A stretch of 62,821 nucleotides of DNA, filler included. It is 4 parts of 4 records of this genome, joined end to end, with 100 filler letters (N's around TTAATTAATTAA, not from the genome) between each part and the next. Parts side by side here need not be neighbours in the genome. Positions count along the whole stretch, not along the records: positions 19,731 to 45,577 come from SRR2962707_1090; 3 more parts are not named here. One strand, given 5' to 3'. The notes under the pieces were generated by a model. The model was not told where the DNA came from and made no database searches. It saw only the letters and a list, made by a program, of their open reading frames with translations. The position numbers and the translations under genes were made by a program. Below are positions 34,304 through 44,091 of this stretch, piece after piece. Position 1 is the first letter of the stretch, and each line of letters opens with the position of its first letter.

Positions 34304-35563
34304 ATGAATCTGACCGAACTGAAGCAGAAGCCTATTGGCGAACTCCTGGACATCGCCAAGGAACTGGGCCTGGAAAACCTGGCCCGTACCCGCAAACAAG
34401 ACGTCATCTTCTCGATTCTGAAGAGAGCCGCCAAAAACGGCTCGGACATTTACGGCGACGGCGTCTTGGAGATTCTTCAGGATGGCTTTGGCTTTCTACG
34501 TTCCGCCGAAGGCTCCTATCTGGCGGGACCGGATGACATCTATGTGTCTCCAAGCCAGATTCGCCGCTTCAATCTGCGCACCGGCGATACCATTTCCGGG
34601 AAGATCCGGCCTCCCAAGGATGGCGAACGCTATTTCGCCATGCTCAAGGTCAACGAGATCAACTTCGACAAGCCGGAAAACGCCAAGAACAAGATTCTGT
34701 TTGAAAACCTGACGCCGCTGTTTCCCACCGAGCGGTTGGTCATGGAAGTGGGCAACGGCTCCACCGAGGACATCACCGCCCGGGTGATCGATCTGGTGGC
34801 ACCGATCGGCAAAGGCCAACGCGGCCTGATCGTGGCCCCGCCGAAAGCCGGTAAAACCATGCTCCTGCAGAACATCGCCCACTCCATCGCCCGCAACAAC
34901 CCCGAATCCCACATGATCGTGCTGCTGATCGACGAACGTCCCGAAGAGGTGACGGAGATGTCGCGCACGGTGCGCGGTGAGGTCGTGGCCTCCACCTTCG
35001 ACGAACCGCCCGCTCGCCACGTGCAGGTGGCGGAAATGGTGATCGAAAAGGCCAAGCGTCTGGTCGAGCACAAGCAGGACGTGATCATCCTGCTGGATTC
35101 CATCACTCGCCTGGCGCGCGCCTACAACACCGTGCAGCCCAGCTCCGGCAAGGTTCTGACCGGTGGTGTGGATGCCCACGCCCTGGAGAAACCGAAACGT
35201 TTCTTCGGCGCCGCCCGGAACATCGAGGAAGGGGGCAGCCTGACCATTCTCGCCACCGCGCTGGTGGAAACCGGTTCCAAAATGGACGAGGTGATCTACG
35301 AGGAGTTCAAGGGCACCGGCAACATGGAACTGCACCTGGACCGCAAGGTATCCGAAAAGCGTGTATTCCCGGCCATCAACATCAGGAAGTCCGGTACCCG
35401 TCGCGAAGAGCGGCTGGTCAGCGAAGACGAATTACAGAAGATGTGGATCCTGCGCAAAGTGCTGCATCCGATGGATGAGATCGGTGCCATGGAGTTCCTG
35501 CTGGATCGCATGAAACAGACCAAGACCAATCTGGAATTCTTCGAGTCCATGAAGCGCAAATAA
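34304..35563 (+). CDS. rho: Transcription termination factor Rho
   Basis: [54 protein letters not shown]; 419 aa. Confidence 0.99.
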   Translation: MNLTELKQKPIGELLDIAKELGLENLARTRKQDVIFSILKRAAKNGSDIYGDGVLEILQDGFGFLRSAEGSYLAGPDDIYVSPSQIRRFNLRTGDTISGKIRPPKDGERYFAMLKVNEINFDKPENAKNKILFENLTPLFPTERLVMEVGNGSTEDITARVIDLVAPIGKGQRGLIVAPPKAGKTMLLQNIAHSIARNNPESHMIVLLIDERPEEVTEMSRTVRGEVVASTFDEPPARHVQVAEMVIEKAKRLVEHKQDVIILLDSITRLARAYNTVQPSSGKVLTGGVDAHALEKPKRFFGAARNIEEGGSLTILATALVETGSKMDEVIYEEFKGTGNMELHLDRKVSEKRVFPAINIRKSGTRREERLVSEDELQKMWILRKVLHPMDEIGAMEFLLDRMKQTKTNLEFFESMKRK

Positions 35564-35588
35564 CCCGCGCTCACCTCGAAGAAGACGA

Positions 35589-35633
35589 CGAAAGGCCCGT
35601 CCCGGATGCCGGGGACGGGCCTTTCGCGTTTTT
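35589..35633 (+). terminator. Intrinsic terminator after rho (possibly bidirectional with ycaC)
   Basis: CGAAAGGCCCGTCCC-loop-GGGACGGGCCTTTCG followed by CGTTTTT. Confidence 0.8.
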
Positions 35634-35641
35634 ACACCGGC

Positions 35642-36268
35642 TTATTTGCCGGCGGTGAGCGTGTTGTAGCTGGTCATCAGATTCCGGTAATCCGGGATAT
35701 GCTTCGAGAACAACGCTGCCAGGCCTTCAACGTCGTTACGCCAATCACGGTGCAATTCGCAGGCGGTACCGAACCAGGTCATCAGTTGGGCGCCGGCGGC
35801 GGACATCCGGTCCCAGGCAGCATCCCGGGTAAGCGGATCGAAGGTACCGGAGGCATCGGTAACCACGAATACATCGAAATCCTCCTCCAGTGCCGACAGC
35901 GCCGGAAAGGCCACACACACTTCCGTCACCACACCCGCGATGATCAGCTGCTTCTTGCCGGTGGCTTTCACCGCCTTGACGAAGTCCTCGTTATCCCAGG
36001 CGTTGATCTGCCCCGGCCGGGCAATATAGGGCGCATCGGGGAACAGTGCTTTCAGCTCCGGGATCAGCGGGCCGTTGGGACCATCCTCGAAGCTGGTGGT
36101 CAGAATGGTGGGCAGATTGAAGTACTTGGCCAAGTCCGCCAGTGCCAGCACGTTGTTGTTGAACTTGTCCGGCTCGATGTCCCGAACCAGCGACAACAAG
36201 CCCGCCTGATGATCAACCAATAACACGGCGGCATCGTCTTTATTCAAACGGTTGTATTGCTTACCCAT
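35642..36268 (-). CDS. ycaC: YcaC-like isochorismatase/cysteine hydrolase
   Basis: AAVLLVDHQAGL, TTSFEDGPNGPL, RPGQINAWDN, AGVVTEVCVAFPALSA, ELHRDWR; ATG 36268 with GAGGAG RBS. Confidence 0.92.
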   Translation of the reverse strand: MGKQYNRLNKDDAAVLLVDHQAGLLSLVRDIEPDKFNNNVLALADLAKYFNLPTILTTSFEDGPNGPLIPELKALFPDAPYIARPGQINAWDNEDFVKAVKATGKKQLIIAGVVTEVCVAFPALSALEEDFDVFVVTDASGTFDPLTRDAAWDRMSAAGAQLMTWFGTACELHRDWRNDVEGLAALFSKHIPDYRNLMTSYNTLTAGK

Positions 36269-36451
36269 GATCAATCTCCTCAATTGGTTTGCCTTGCCCG
36301 TTGGGTTATCGCTGCCGACAACCTCGTCGAAGGATCAAGATGTCGCGGATGCGAACATCTTGATGATCATGTTATTAATAGGACTCCGAGTCGTGTAGAT
36401 AGCAAATTTGTCACTCAGTGTTCTATTAATGGAACGGTAACAGGGTTGATC

Positions 36452-37357
36452 TTGGAAAACCTCAACGACCTCTATTACTACGTGAAAACCGTGGAGCACG
36501 GCGGTTTCGCCCCCGCCGGTCGCGCCCTTGGCCTGCCCAAGTCCAAACTCAGCCGGCGTGTGGCGGCGCTGGAGGAACGCCTGGGCGTGCGCCTGTTACA
36601 CCGCTCCACCCGGCATTTCTCCGTCACGGAGATCGGACGCACCTACTACGATCACTGCAAGGCAATGCTGGTGGAAGCCGAAGCCGCCCAGGACGCCATA
36701 GATAGCGTACGCGCCAGTCCCAAAGGCGTCATCCGGCTGACCTGCCCGGTAACCCTGCTGCATGTGCATATCGGCGCCTTTCTGGCGGATTTCATGACCC
36801 GCTACCCGGAAGTCACCGTGCATCTGGAAGCCACCAATCGGCGCGTGGATGTGATCAACGAGGGCATTGATGTGGCGATTCGCGTGCGTCCCCCGCCTTT
36901 GGAAGACAGCGATCTGGTGCTGAAGGTGCTCTCGGACCGCCACCCGGCAATGGTGGCCAGCCCGGCAATGGTGGCGCGTCACGGTCTGCCGGCAACGCCG
37001 GAGGCGCTGAGCGAATGGCCGAGCCTGGCGCTGAGCAATCCGCAATCCAGCTATGTCTGGGTTCTGTACGGTCCCAATGAGCACCAGGCCACCGTGCCCC
37101 ACCATCCCCGCTTCGTCACCACCGATATGATCGCCCTGCGCCGGGCCGCGGTGGCGGGAGTCGGCGTGGTGCAATTACCGTTACTGGCCGTGCGCCGGCA
37201 GTTGGATGACGGCAGCCTGATCCATCTGCTGCCGGACTGGGCACCGCGCCGGGATATCATCCACGCCGTGTTTCCATCACGACGGGGGCTGCTACCCGCG
37301 GTGCGGACCCTGATCGACGAGCTGGCTCTGTTTTACCAGTCCTTCGAGGAACGCTGA
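36452..37357 (+). CDS. LysR-family regulator (CrgA-like), divergent from ycaC
   Basis: LNDLYYYVKTVEHGGFAPAGRALGLPKSKLSRRVAALEERLGVRLLHRSTR HTH; NRRVDVINEGIDVAIR. TTG start approximate; GTTC-N8-GAAC dyad at 36420-36435. Confidence 0.92.
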   Translation: MENLNDLYYYVKTVEHGGFAPAGRALGLPKSKLSRRVAALEERLGVRLLHRSTRHFSVTEIGRTYYDHCKAMLVEAEAAQDAIDSVRASPKGVIRLTCPVTLLHVHIGAFLADFMTRYPEVTVHLEATNRRVDVINEGIDVAIRVRPPPLEDSDLVLKVLSDRHPAMVASPAMVARHGLPATPEALSEWPSLALSNPQSSYVWVLYGPNEHQATVPHHPRFVTTDMIALRRAAVAGVGVVQLPLLAVRRQLDDGSLIHLLPDWAPRRDIIHAVFPSRRGLLPAVRTLIDELALFYQSFEER

Positions 37358-37396
37358 GCGAATGGCCGGCCGTGACATCACAACCCGCGGACGGAA

Positions 37397-38314
37397 TCAG
37401 CGGATAAACAGCCAGTAGAACAGCGCGCCGATCATCAGCCACTTGAGAATGTAGTAGAGGCGTCGGTTGCGCTTTTTCAGATCCTTGGCTCTGGCCCGGG
37501 CCTTGTAGACCACATCGAACACCTTATTGAGCAAGCCGACACGGTCGCCTGCCACATTTTCCGTGCTGGTGGCACGCACCACCACGGTCTTGAAGACCCG
37601 ATTGATGGCCGTGGCAAAACGGTAACGCAATGGCCGTTCCACATCGCAGAACAGGATCAGCCGATCCTGATCGGTGTTGTTTTCCGCCCAATGGATGAAG
37701 GTTTCATCGAACACCACGTCCTCACCGTCGTGCCAGACATGCCGCTCACCGTCGACGTAGATGGCGCAACGGTCGTCGTTGGGGGTCACCAGGCCCAGGT
37801 GATAACGCAGGGAGCCCGCGAACGGGTCACGGTGTTTTCCCAGCTTGGCGCCGGCGGGCAGCATGGCGAACATGGCGGCGTTGACGCTGGGCACCTGGTT
37901 GACCAGCGCCACCGAACGGGGGCAGAGCGCCTCGGCGGAAGGCTGGGAATCGTCGTACCATTTGAGATAGAAGCGTTTCCAGCCAGTACGGAAAAACGAA
38001 TGAAACGCCAGGTCATTATCGCTGGCGGCCTGGCGAATATAGCCCTCGTCGAACAGCCTCATGGCCTCGTCGCGGAATACTTCCCAGTTGTCGCGCAGTA
38101 GATCCAGATCGGGAAAGGCGGAGCGATCCAGCAGCGGCGTGTTTTCCACATCGCTGGTGGCGTATACGAAGCAGTTATAGGGCCCCATGATGGTGGAATG
38201 ATCCAATAACTGGCGGCTGAATGAATGCCGGATCCGACCGCGGAAGTGCACATAGGTCCCGCACACAATGAAGGTGTACAGCACCAGCATCTTCCCTGAC
38301 CATAACCATGCCAC
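37397..38314 (-). CDS. lpxO: Aspartyl/asparaginyl beta-hydroxylase family protein, lipid A hydroxylase LpxO-like
   Basis: [70 protein letters not shown]- and C-terminal TM segments. Confidence 0.88.
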   Translation of the reverse strand: MAWLWSGKMLVLYTFIVCGTYVHFRGRIRHSFSRQLLDHSTIMGPYNCFVYATSDVENTPLLDRSAFPDLDLLRDNWEVFRDEAMRLFDEGYIRQAASDNDLAFHSFFRTGWKRFYLKWYDDSQPSAEALCPRSVALVNQVPSVNAAMFAMLPAGAKLGKHRDPFAGSLRYHLGLVTPNDDRCAIYVDGERHVWHDGEDVVFDETFIHWAENNTDQDRLILFCDVERPLRYRFATAINRVFKTVVVRATSTENVAGDRVGLLNKVFDVVYKARARAKDLKKRNRRLYYILKWLMIGALFYWLFIR

Positions 38315-38427
38315 GAGTCATCCTCCCCTGGGTTGGTGGCGGCGTACGAACGGGTATTGTACACCCGGACTGTGGCAACATAGTGTTCACATTTTTCTAT
38401 CACCTTGACCGGGAAAGTAAATCGCCC

Positions 38428-39894
38428 ATGAAATACCGCGATCTGCGCGACTTCATTCAGCAACTGGAACAGCAAGGCGAATTAAAACGGATCAAAGCCG
38501 CCGTGGACCCGCGCCTGGAAATGACGGAAATCTGCGACCGCACCCTCAAGGCCGGCGGCCCGGCGTTGTTGTTCGAAAACCCCAAGGGCTTTTCCATTCC
38601 GGTTTTGGGCAATCTGTTCGGCACCGAACGCCGGGTGGCGCTGGGCATGGGCCGGGACTCCATTGACGAACTGAGAGAATTGGGAGAGTTATTGGCGTTT
38701 CTCAAGGAGCCGGAGCCGCCCAAGGGATTCCGTGACGCCTGGAGCAAGCTGCCCATCTTCCGCAAAGTCCTGAGTATGGGGCCGAAGCTGCTGAGCAGCG
38801 CGCCCTGCCAGGAACAGGTCCTCGAAGGCGGCGACGTGGACCTGTTCCAACTGCCGATCCAGACCTGCTGGCCGGAGGACGCCGGCCCCTTGGTGACCTG
38901 GCCGTTGGTGATTACCCGTGGCCCCAACAAGGAGCGTCAGAATCTGGGGATTTACCGCCAGCAACTGATCGGCCGCAACAAACTGATCATGCGCTGGCTG
39001 AGCCACCGCGGCGGCGCCCTGGACTTCCAGGAATGGCGTCAAGCCCATCCCGGGGAGCCGTTCCCGGTGGCGGTGGCGCTGGGCGCTGATCCCGCCACTA
39101 TTCTGGGCGCGGTGACGCCGGTGCCGGATACCCTCAGCGAATACGCTTTCGCCGGGCTGCTGCGTGGCGGCAAGACCGAACTGATCAAGGCCATCGGCTC
39201 CGACCTGCAGGTTCCCGCCAGCGCCGAATTCGTGCTGGAAGGGCATATTTATCCCAATGAATACGCCGACGAGGGCCCCTTCGGCGACCATACCGGCTAT
39301 TACAATGAGGTGGAGCGTTTCCCGGTCTTCACGGTGGAGCGCATCACTCACCGCCGCGCCCCGATCTACCACAGCACCTACACTGGCCGCCCCCCGGATG
39401 AGCCGGCGGTACTGGGTCTGGCGATGAACGAGATCTTCGTTCCGATCCTGAAAAAGCAGTTCCCGGAGATCGAGGATTTCTACCTGCCGCCGGAGGGCTG
39501 CTCCTATCGTATGGCGGTGGTGACCATGAAGAAGCAATACCCCGGCCATGCCAAAAGGGTAATGATGGGGGTGTGGTCGTTCCTGCGGCAGTTCATGTAC
39601 ACCAAATTCGTCATTGTCTGCGACGACGACGTCAACGCCCGCGACTGGAAGGACGTGATCTGGGCCATTACCACCCGCATGGACCCGCGACGTGACACCG
39701 TGCTGGTGGACAATACCCCAATCGACTATCTCGATTTCGCCTCCCCGGTGGCGGGACTGGGCTCGAAGATGGGACTGGACGCCACCAGCAAATGGCCCGG
39801 CGAGACCGACCGCGAATGGGGGCGAGCCATTACCATGAGCGAAACCGTGAAGACGCGGGTGGACGAGATCTGGGACAGCCTCGGCATCGATTAG
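38428..39894 (+). CDS. ubiD: 4-hydroxy-3-polyprenylbenzoate decarboxylase
   Basis: [64 protein letters not shown]. Confidence 0.98.
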   Translation: MKYRDLRDFIQQLEQQGELKRIKAAVDPRLEMTEICDRTLKAGGPALLFENPKGFSIPVLGNLFGTERRVALGMGRDSIDELRELGELLAFLKEPEPPKGFRDAWSKLPIFRKVLSMGPKLLSSAPCQEQVLEGGDVDLFQLPIQTCWPEDAGPLVTWPLVITRGPNKERQNLGIYRQQLIGRNKLIMRWLSHRGGALDFQEWRQAHPGEPFPVAVALGADPATILGAVTPVPDTLSEYAFAGLLRGGKTELIKAIGSDLQVPASAEFVLEGHIYPNEYADEGPFGDHTGYYNEVERFPVFTVERITHRRAPIYHSTYTGRPPDEPAVLGLAMNEIFVPILKKQFPEIEDFYLPPEGCSYRMAVVTMKKQYPGHAKRVMMGVWSFLRQFMYTKFVIVCDDDVNARDWKDVIWAITTRMDPRRDTVLVDNTPIDYLDFASPVAGLGSKMGLDATSKWPGETDREWGRAITMSETVKTRVDEIWDSLGID

Positions 39895-39966
39895 CGGTCT
39901 GTCCTCGGAGATCGCGGCTCATAAGCCGCGATTTGCCCGTTGCCCGGCACCGACGAGGACGCGACG

Positions 39967-40890
39967 ATGAGCTGGAACCCGCAAGACATGCCGGAGCAAC
40001 AATCCCGCACCGCCGTGGTGACCGGCGCCAACAGCGGCATCGGCTTCGAAACCGCCCTGGCGCTGGCCGATAAGGGCGCCCGGGTGGTTCTGGCGTGCCG
40101 CGACCTGGCCAAGGCGGAAGCGGCCCGGGAAAGGATCCATGAGAAGACCGGCGGACGCGGCGAAATACAGATCGTGGAACTGGACCTGGCCAGCCTGAAC
40201 AGCGTGCGACGTGCCGCCGATACGCTGCGCGAACGCTATCCCCGGCTGGATTTGCTGATCAATAACGCCGGTGTCATGTGGCTGCGTCAAGGCCGCACCG
40301 AGGATGGCTTCGAGCGCCAGTTCGGCGTCAATCACCTCGGCCACTTCGCCTTGACCGGTCTGCTGTTGCCGGCGCTGCGCGACGTGCCGGATTCCCGCAT
40401 CGTCACTGTCAGCAGCCTGGCCCACAAAGCCGGCCGGCTGCATTTGGATAACCTGCAGTTGGATGGCCGCTATGGCCGGCAACGGGCCTATGTCCAGTCC
40501 AAACTGGCCAATCTGTTGTTCTCCCTGGAACTGGAAAGACGGCTGCGCGCGGCGGAGGCCTCGACGCTCTCCGTGGCTTGCCACCCTGGCTTCGCCAATA
40601 CCAATCTGGCGGAATCCGGCGTTGCCCGGGAAAGCCCGTTCGGGGTGGGCTATATCGCTCGCTGGCTGTGGCCCTTCTTCACCCAGAACGCCGCCCGCGG
40701 CGCCGCGCCCGCACTCTATGCCGCCACCAGTCCGCAAGTGCAGGGCGGCGGTTATTACGGCCCCGCTTACCTTAAGGAAGCGGTGGGCCCGCCAACACTG
40801 GTGCACCCCAGCCGCCGCGCCCGTGACGCCGACGTCGCGGCCCGCCTGTGGGAGCAATCCGAGGCCCTCACCGGCGTCCGCTACCCCTGA
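39967..40890 (+). CDS. Short-chain dehydrogenase/reductase (retinol-DH/WWOX-like)
   Basis: VTGANSGIG, LDLASL, LINNAGVM, FGVNHLGHFALT, VSSLAH, YVQSK (YxxxK), HPG...TNL. Confidence 0.92.
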   Translation: MSWNPQDMPEQQSRTAVVTGANSGIGFETALALADKGARVVLACRDLAKAEAARERIHEKTGGRGEIQIVELDLASLNSVRRAADTLRERYPRLDLLINNAGVMWLRQGRTEDGFERQFGVNHLGHFALTGLLLPALRDVPDSRIVTVSSLAHKAGRLHLDNLQLDGRYGRQRAYVQSKLANLLFSLELERRLRAAEASTLSVACHPGFANTNLAESGVARESPFGVGYIARWLWPFFTQNAARGAAPALYAATSPQVQGGGYYGPAYLKEAVGPPTLVHPSRRARDADVAARLWEQSEALTGVRYP

Positions 40891-41061
40891 TCAGAACCGC
40901 ATTATTGGTGACCGGCGCCTATCGCGGTCCCGCGGCCCGTCCGAGGGAAACCGTGCAACGAATTGGCAGGTGGGCGTGCGTGCCGCGTAGTTGCTGGTGC
41001 TGGCTTCCTTTTTTCTTTTATGGCACGTTAGTACCATTAAAAAGAAAAACAAGGATTATCC

Positions 41062-42435
41062 ATGTTGCCAACACTGTCACGACGCACCCTGCTACAAGCT
41101 CTGCTGGCCACCACTGGCGCCGCCGTACTGCCCTTCAGCTCCCGTGCCCTGGCCGGATCAGCCGCCTCCTGGCACAACTGGTCCGGCAACCAGAGCGCCG
41201 CACCGAAACAACTCCATTACCCCTCCAAGGCGAGAGAGCTGTCCCAGCTGTTGGTCAACAGTACCGGCACCGTGCGGCCCTTCGGTGGCAGTCATTCCTT
41301 CAGTCCGATCGTCCCCACCGAGGACACCCTGATCTCACTGGAGGCGTTCAACGGTCTGCGCGACCAGGATGACAACGGCAATCTGACCTTCGGCGCCGGC
41401 ACCCGCCTGGGCGCGGCGTCCGCCCAGGCCTGGCAGGCGGGTTACAGCTTTCGCAACGAGCCGGACATCAATCTGCAGTCCCTGGCCGGCGCCATCGCCA
41501 CCGGCACCCATGGCACCGGCATCACTCTGCCCTGCCTCAGCGGGCAAGTGGCGGGGCTGCAGCTGATGCGTCCGGATGGCGAGGAAGTCACGCTTACGGC
41601 CGCCGACGGCGACGCTTTCCTCGCCGCCTGTTGTGGTCTTGGCGCCCTGGGCGTGATAACCGCGGTGACGCTGCGCGCCGACCCCGCCTACCGTCTCCGC
41701 GAGCACACCTGGACCCTGCCGCTGGATGAGGCCATCGACTTCGTCAACGCCAACCGGCACCGCTATCGCAACATCGAATTCTTTGCGTTCCCTCTGGGGC
41801 GCACCGCCATTATCAAAACCATGGAACTTACTGACAGCGCGGAGGAGGCATTGGAGCAGGACGACAGCAACGACTTGCTGGAAAAGGTCTGTGAGCTGAG
41901 TCTGCGGGCCCCCTGGCTCACCAGCACCCTGCAGAAACTGGTGACGCTGTTCGTCAGCGATGAGGAACGCCAGGGACCGGCCCATCGAATTTACGCCAAT
42001 CGCCGCACGGTCCGCTTCAATGAAATGGAATACACGGTGCCCGCCGATGATGGCCTGGACTGCCTGCGCGAGGTCTGTGAGCGGATCCGCGATCAGGACA
42101 TCAACGTGTTCTTTCCCATCGAATACCGCTACACCGCCGCCGACGACACCCTGCTGTCCATGTTCAGCGAACGTGCCGGCGCCAGTATTTCCGTGCATCA
42201 GTACTACAAACAGGACTACCAGCCGCTGTTCGACGCGGTGGAACCGATCTTTCAGCGCTTCGCCGGACGGCCTCACTGGGGTAAGTTGCACAGCCTCGAC
42301 GCGACGCGCCTGCGCTCCCTCTACCCGCGCTTCGACGATTTCCTGGCGTTGCGTCGTGAGTTCGACCCCGAGGGCAGAATGCTCAACCCCTATCTGCGCC
42401 GGGTATTGGGTATCGAAACCGGAGGCCGCCAATGA
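41062..42435 (+). CDS. Tat-exported FAD-linked oxidase, D-arabinono-1,4-lactone oxidase family (SphC-like)
   Basis: SRRTLL twin-arginine signal with ALA cleavage site; WHNWSG, VRPFGGSHSFS, QSLAGAIATGTHGTG, RFNEMEY, FFPIEYR, GRPHWGK. Confidence 0.88.
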   Translation: MLPTLSRRTLLQALLATTGAAVLPFSSRALAGSAASWHNWSGNQSAAPKQLHYPSKARELSQLLVNSTGTVRPFGGSHSFSPIVPTEDTLISLEAFNGLRDQDDNGNLTFGAGTRLGAASAQAWQAGYSFRNEPDINLQSLAGAIATGTHGTGITLPCLSGQVAGLQLMRPDGEEVTLTAADGDAFLAACCGLGALGVITAVTLRADPAYRLREHTWTLPLDEAIDFVNANRHRYRNIEFFAFPLGRTAIIKTMELTDSAEEALEQDDSNDLLEKVCELSLRAPWLTSTLQKLVTLFVSDEERQGPAHRIYANRRTVRFNEMEYTVPADDGLDCLREVCERIRDQDINVFFPIEYRYTAADDTLLSMFSERAGASISVHQYYKQDYQPLFDAVEPIFQRFAGRPHWGKLHSLDATRLRSLYPRFDDFLALRREFDPEGRMLNPYLRRVLGIETGGRQ

Positions 42436-43745
42436 AACGACGCCATTTCCTGCTTGCCCTGGCCGGCGGCGCGGCGCTGGCCTGGTGGCTCAAACCCGGT
42501 GATCAGGGCCACCCCCACGCGCCCTACTTTCAGACGCTCAACGATACTCTGCGCGAAGGCCCGGGGCGGCCGCTACTGCTGATTGACCGGGAACGACTGG
42601 CCGCCAACTGCGCGCAACTGATGGCCGGACTGCCGGCGGGCCGCCACTACCGCATCGTTGCCAAGTCTCTGCCCAGTGTCCCGCTGGTACGCGAAGTCAT
42701 GGCGCTGACCGGAACACGCCGGGTGATGGTGTTTCACCAACCGTTCATCACCGCCATGGCGGCGGCGGAGCCGGACTGTGATCTGCTGCTGGGCAAGCCC
42801 ATGCCCGTGAGCGCCGCCGCTCTGTTTTATCAGACGTTGCCCGCAAACGGTTTTGATCCGGACCGGCAATTGCAGTGGCTGATCGACAGCCGCGAGCGCC
42901 TGGAACAGTATCTCGCTCTGGCCCGGCGCTTGAACCGGCGGCTGCTGATCAATGTGGAAATCGACGTGGGCCTGCATCGTGGCGGCCTCACCGGAACCGA
43001 ACAACTGGACGAGTTGCTGGCGTTGATCCACGCCCACCCCGAACACCTGGCCTTCAGCGGCTTCATGGGTTACGACGCTCAGGTGGGGAAACTGCCCGGC
43101 TGGATCGAGGACCGCGACACCAGTCTGCGCAAATCCCAGGATCGCTATCGTGCTTTCGTCGAGCGTCTGTATCAGCTGGAACCGGCCTACCGGAAACAAT
43201 CGCTGACCTTCAACGGCGCCGGCAGTCCGACGCTGCGCTTGCACGGTGACGACACGCCATTGAACGAACTGGCCGCCGGTTCCTGTCTGCTCAAGCCCAC
43301 CGACTTCGACCTGGATACCCTGGAGGACTTCCAGCCCGCCACCTTCATCGCCGCTCCGGTTCTGAAAAGACTACCGGGGCTGCAATTGCCTGGGCCGCTG
43401 CCCCTCGGCGAAATCTGGTCCTGGTGGGATCCGAACCGGCGCCAAACCTATTTTATCTACGGCGGTGCCTGGAAAGCCGAACCCGCCTCCCCGCAAGGCA
43501 TTCGCGCCAATCCAGTGTATGGCATCAGCACCAACCAGATGATGTTCAACGGCGCCCCCGCCACCGCCCTGCGCGAGGACGACCAGATCTTTTTCCGTCC
43601 CACCCAGAGCGAGTTCGTGCTGCTGCAGTTCGGTGACCTGGCGGTTATCGAACAAGGCCGGGTACACGCCTGGTGGCCGCCCTTCCCGCAACAGCCGGAA
43701 ACCGCTCCGGTTGCGGCAAGGACGGGCGCGGCAGACGCCACGTAA
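42432..43745 (+). CDS. DSD1/D-threonine-aldolase-like PLP-dependent enzyme with twin-arginine N-terminus (SphD-like)
   Basis: MKRRHFLL plus hydrophobic stretch; LLIDRERL..N, YRIVAKSLPS (PLP Lys), EIDVGLHRGG, GFMGYDA, NGAGSPT, RPTQSE; ATGA overlap with the upstream oxidase. Confidence 0.85.
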   Translation: MKRRHFLLALAGGAALAWWLKPGDQGHPHAPYFQTLNDTLREGPGRPLLLIDRERLAANCAQLMAGLPAGRHYRIVAKSLPSVPLVREVMALTGTRRVMVFHQPFITAMAAAEPDCDLLLGKPMPVSAAALFYQTLPANGFDPDRQLQWLIDSRERLEQYLALARRLNRRLLINVEIDVGLHRGGLTGTEQLDELLALIHAHPEHLAFSGFMGYDAQVGKLPGWIEDRDTSLRKSQDRYRAFVERLYQLEPAYRKQSLTFNGAGSPTLRLHGDDTPLNELAAGSCLLKPTDFDLDTLEDFQPATFIAAPVLKRLPGLQLPGPLPLGEIWSWWDPNRRQTYFIYGGAWKAEPASPQGIRANPVYGISTNQMMFNGAPATALREDDQIFFRPTQSEFVLLQFGDLAVIEQGRVHAWWPPFPQQPETAPVAARTGAADAT

Positions 43746-44091
43746 GCGCGGCGGGCAGCGACTGACCGGCCGGCATTTGAGCGGCCATCATCTGGTCCGC
43801 ATAGTCCATCAGCAGCCGTCCTCTGAGCGGCGCGCCCAGCTGGCACCAGGTCACGCCCAGATTGAATACGGTGTTGGCGTCATCCCGGTTCCATACCAAT
43901 GCGCGTTGGAAGCGGCACAGAGCGCGGGGCCAGTCCCCGCGCCGTGCCCAATAGATTCCCTCGATACTGCACAAGGCCGCGTTCTCCGGGTAACGTTGCC
44001 GCAACCCTTGCAGCTCTTCCTCTGCCTGTTGCCAGCCCCCGCCATCAATCAGGCCGCGCAGGCGCAGCGCGTGTTCGCATCGCACGCTCAT
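43645..44091 (-). CDS. Small TPR-repeat protein, translationally coupled to creD
   Basis: YPENAAL..IEGIYWARRGDWPRALCRFQRALVWNRDDANTVFNLG TPR-like pattern; ATG overlaps the creD TGA; 3' end overlaps the convergent PLP gene by ~100 nt. Confidence 0.6.
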   Translation of the reverse strand: MSVRCEHALRLRGLIDGGGWQQAEEELQGLRQRYPENAALCSIEGIYWARRGDWPRALCRFQRALVWNRDDANTVFNLGVTWCQLGAPLRGRLLMDYADQMMAAQMPAGQSLPAALTWRLPRPSLPQPERFPAVAGRAATRRVPGLVR

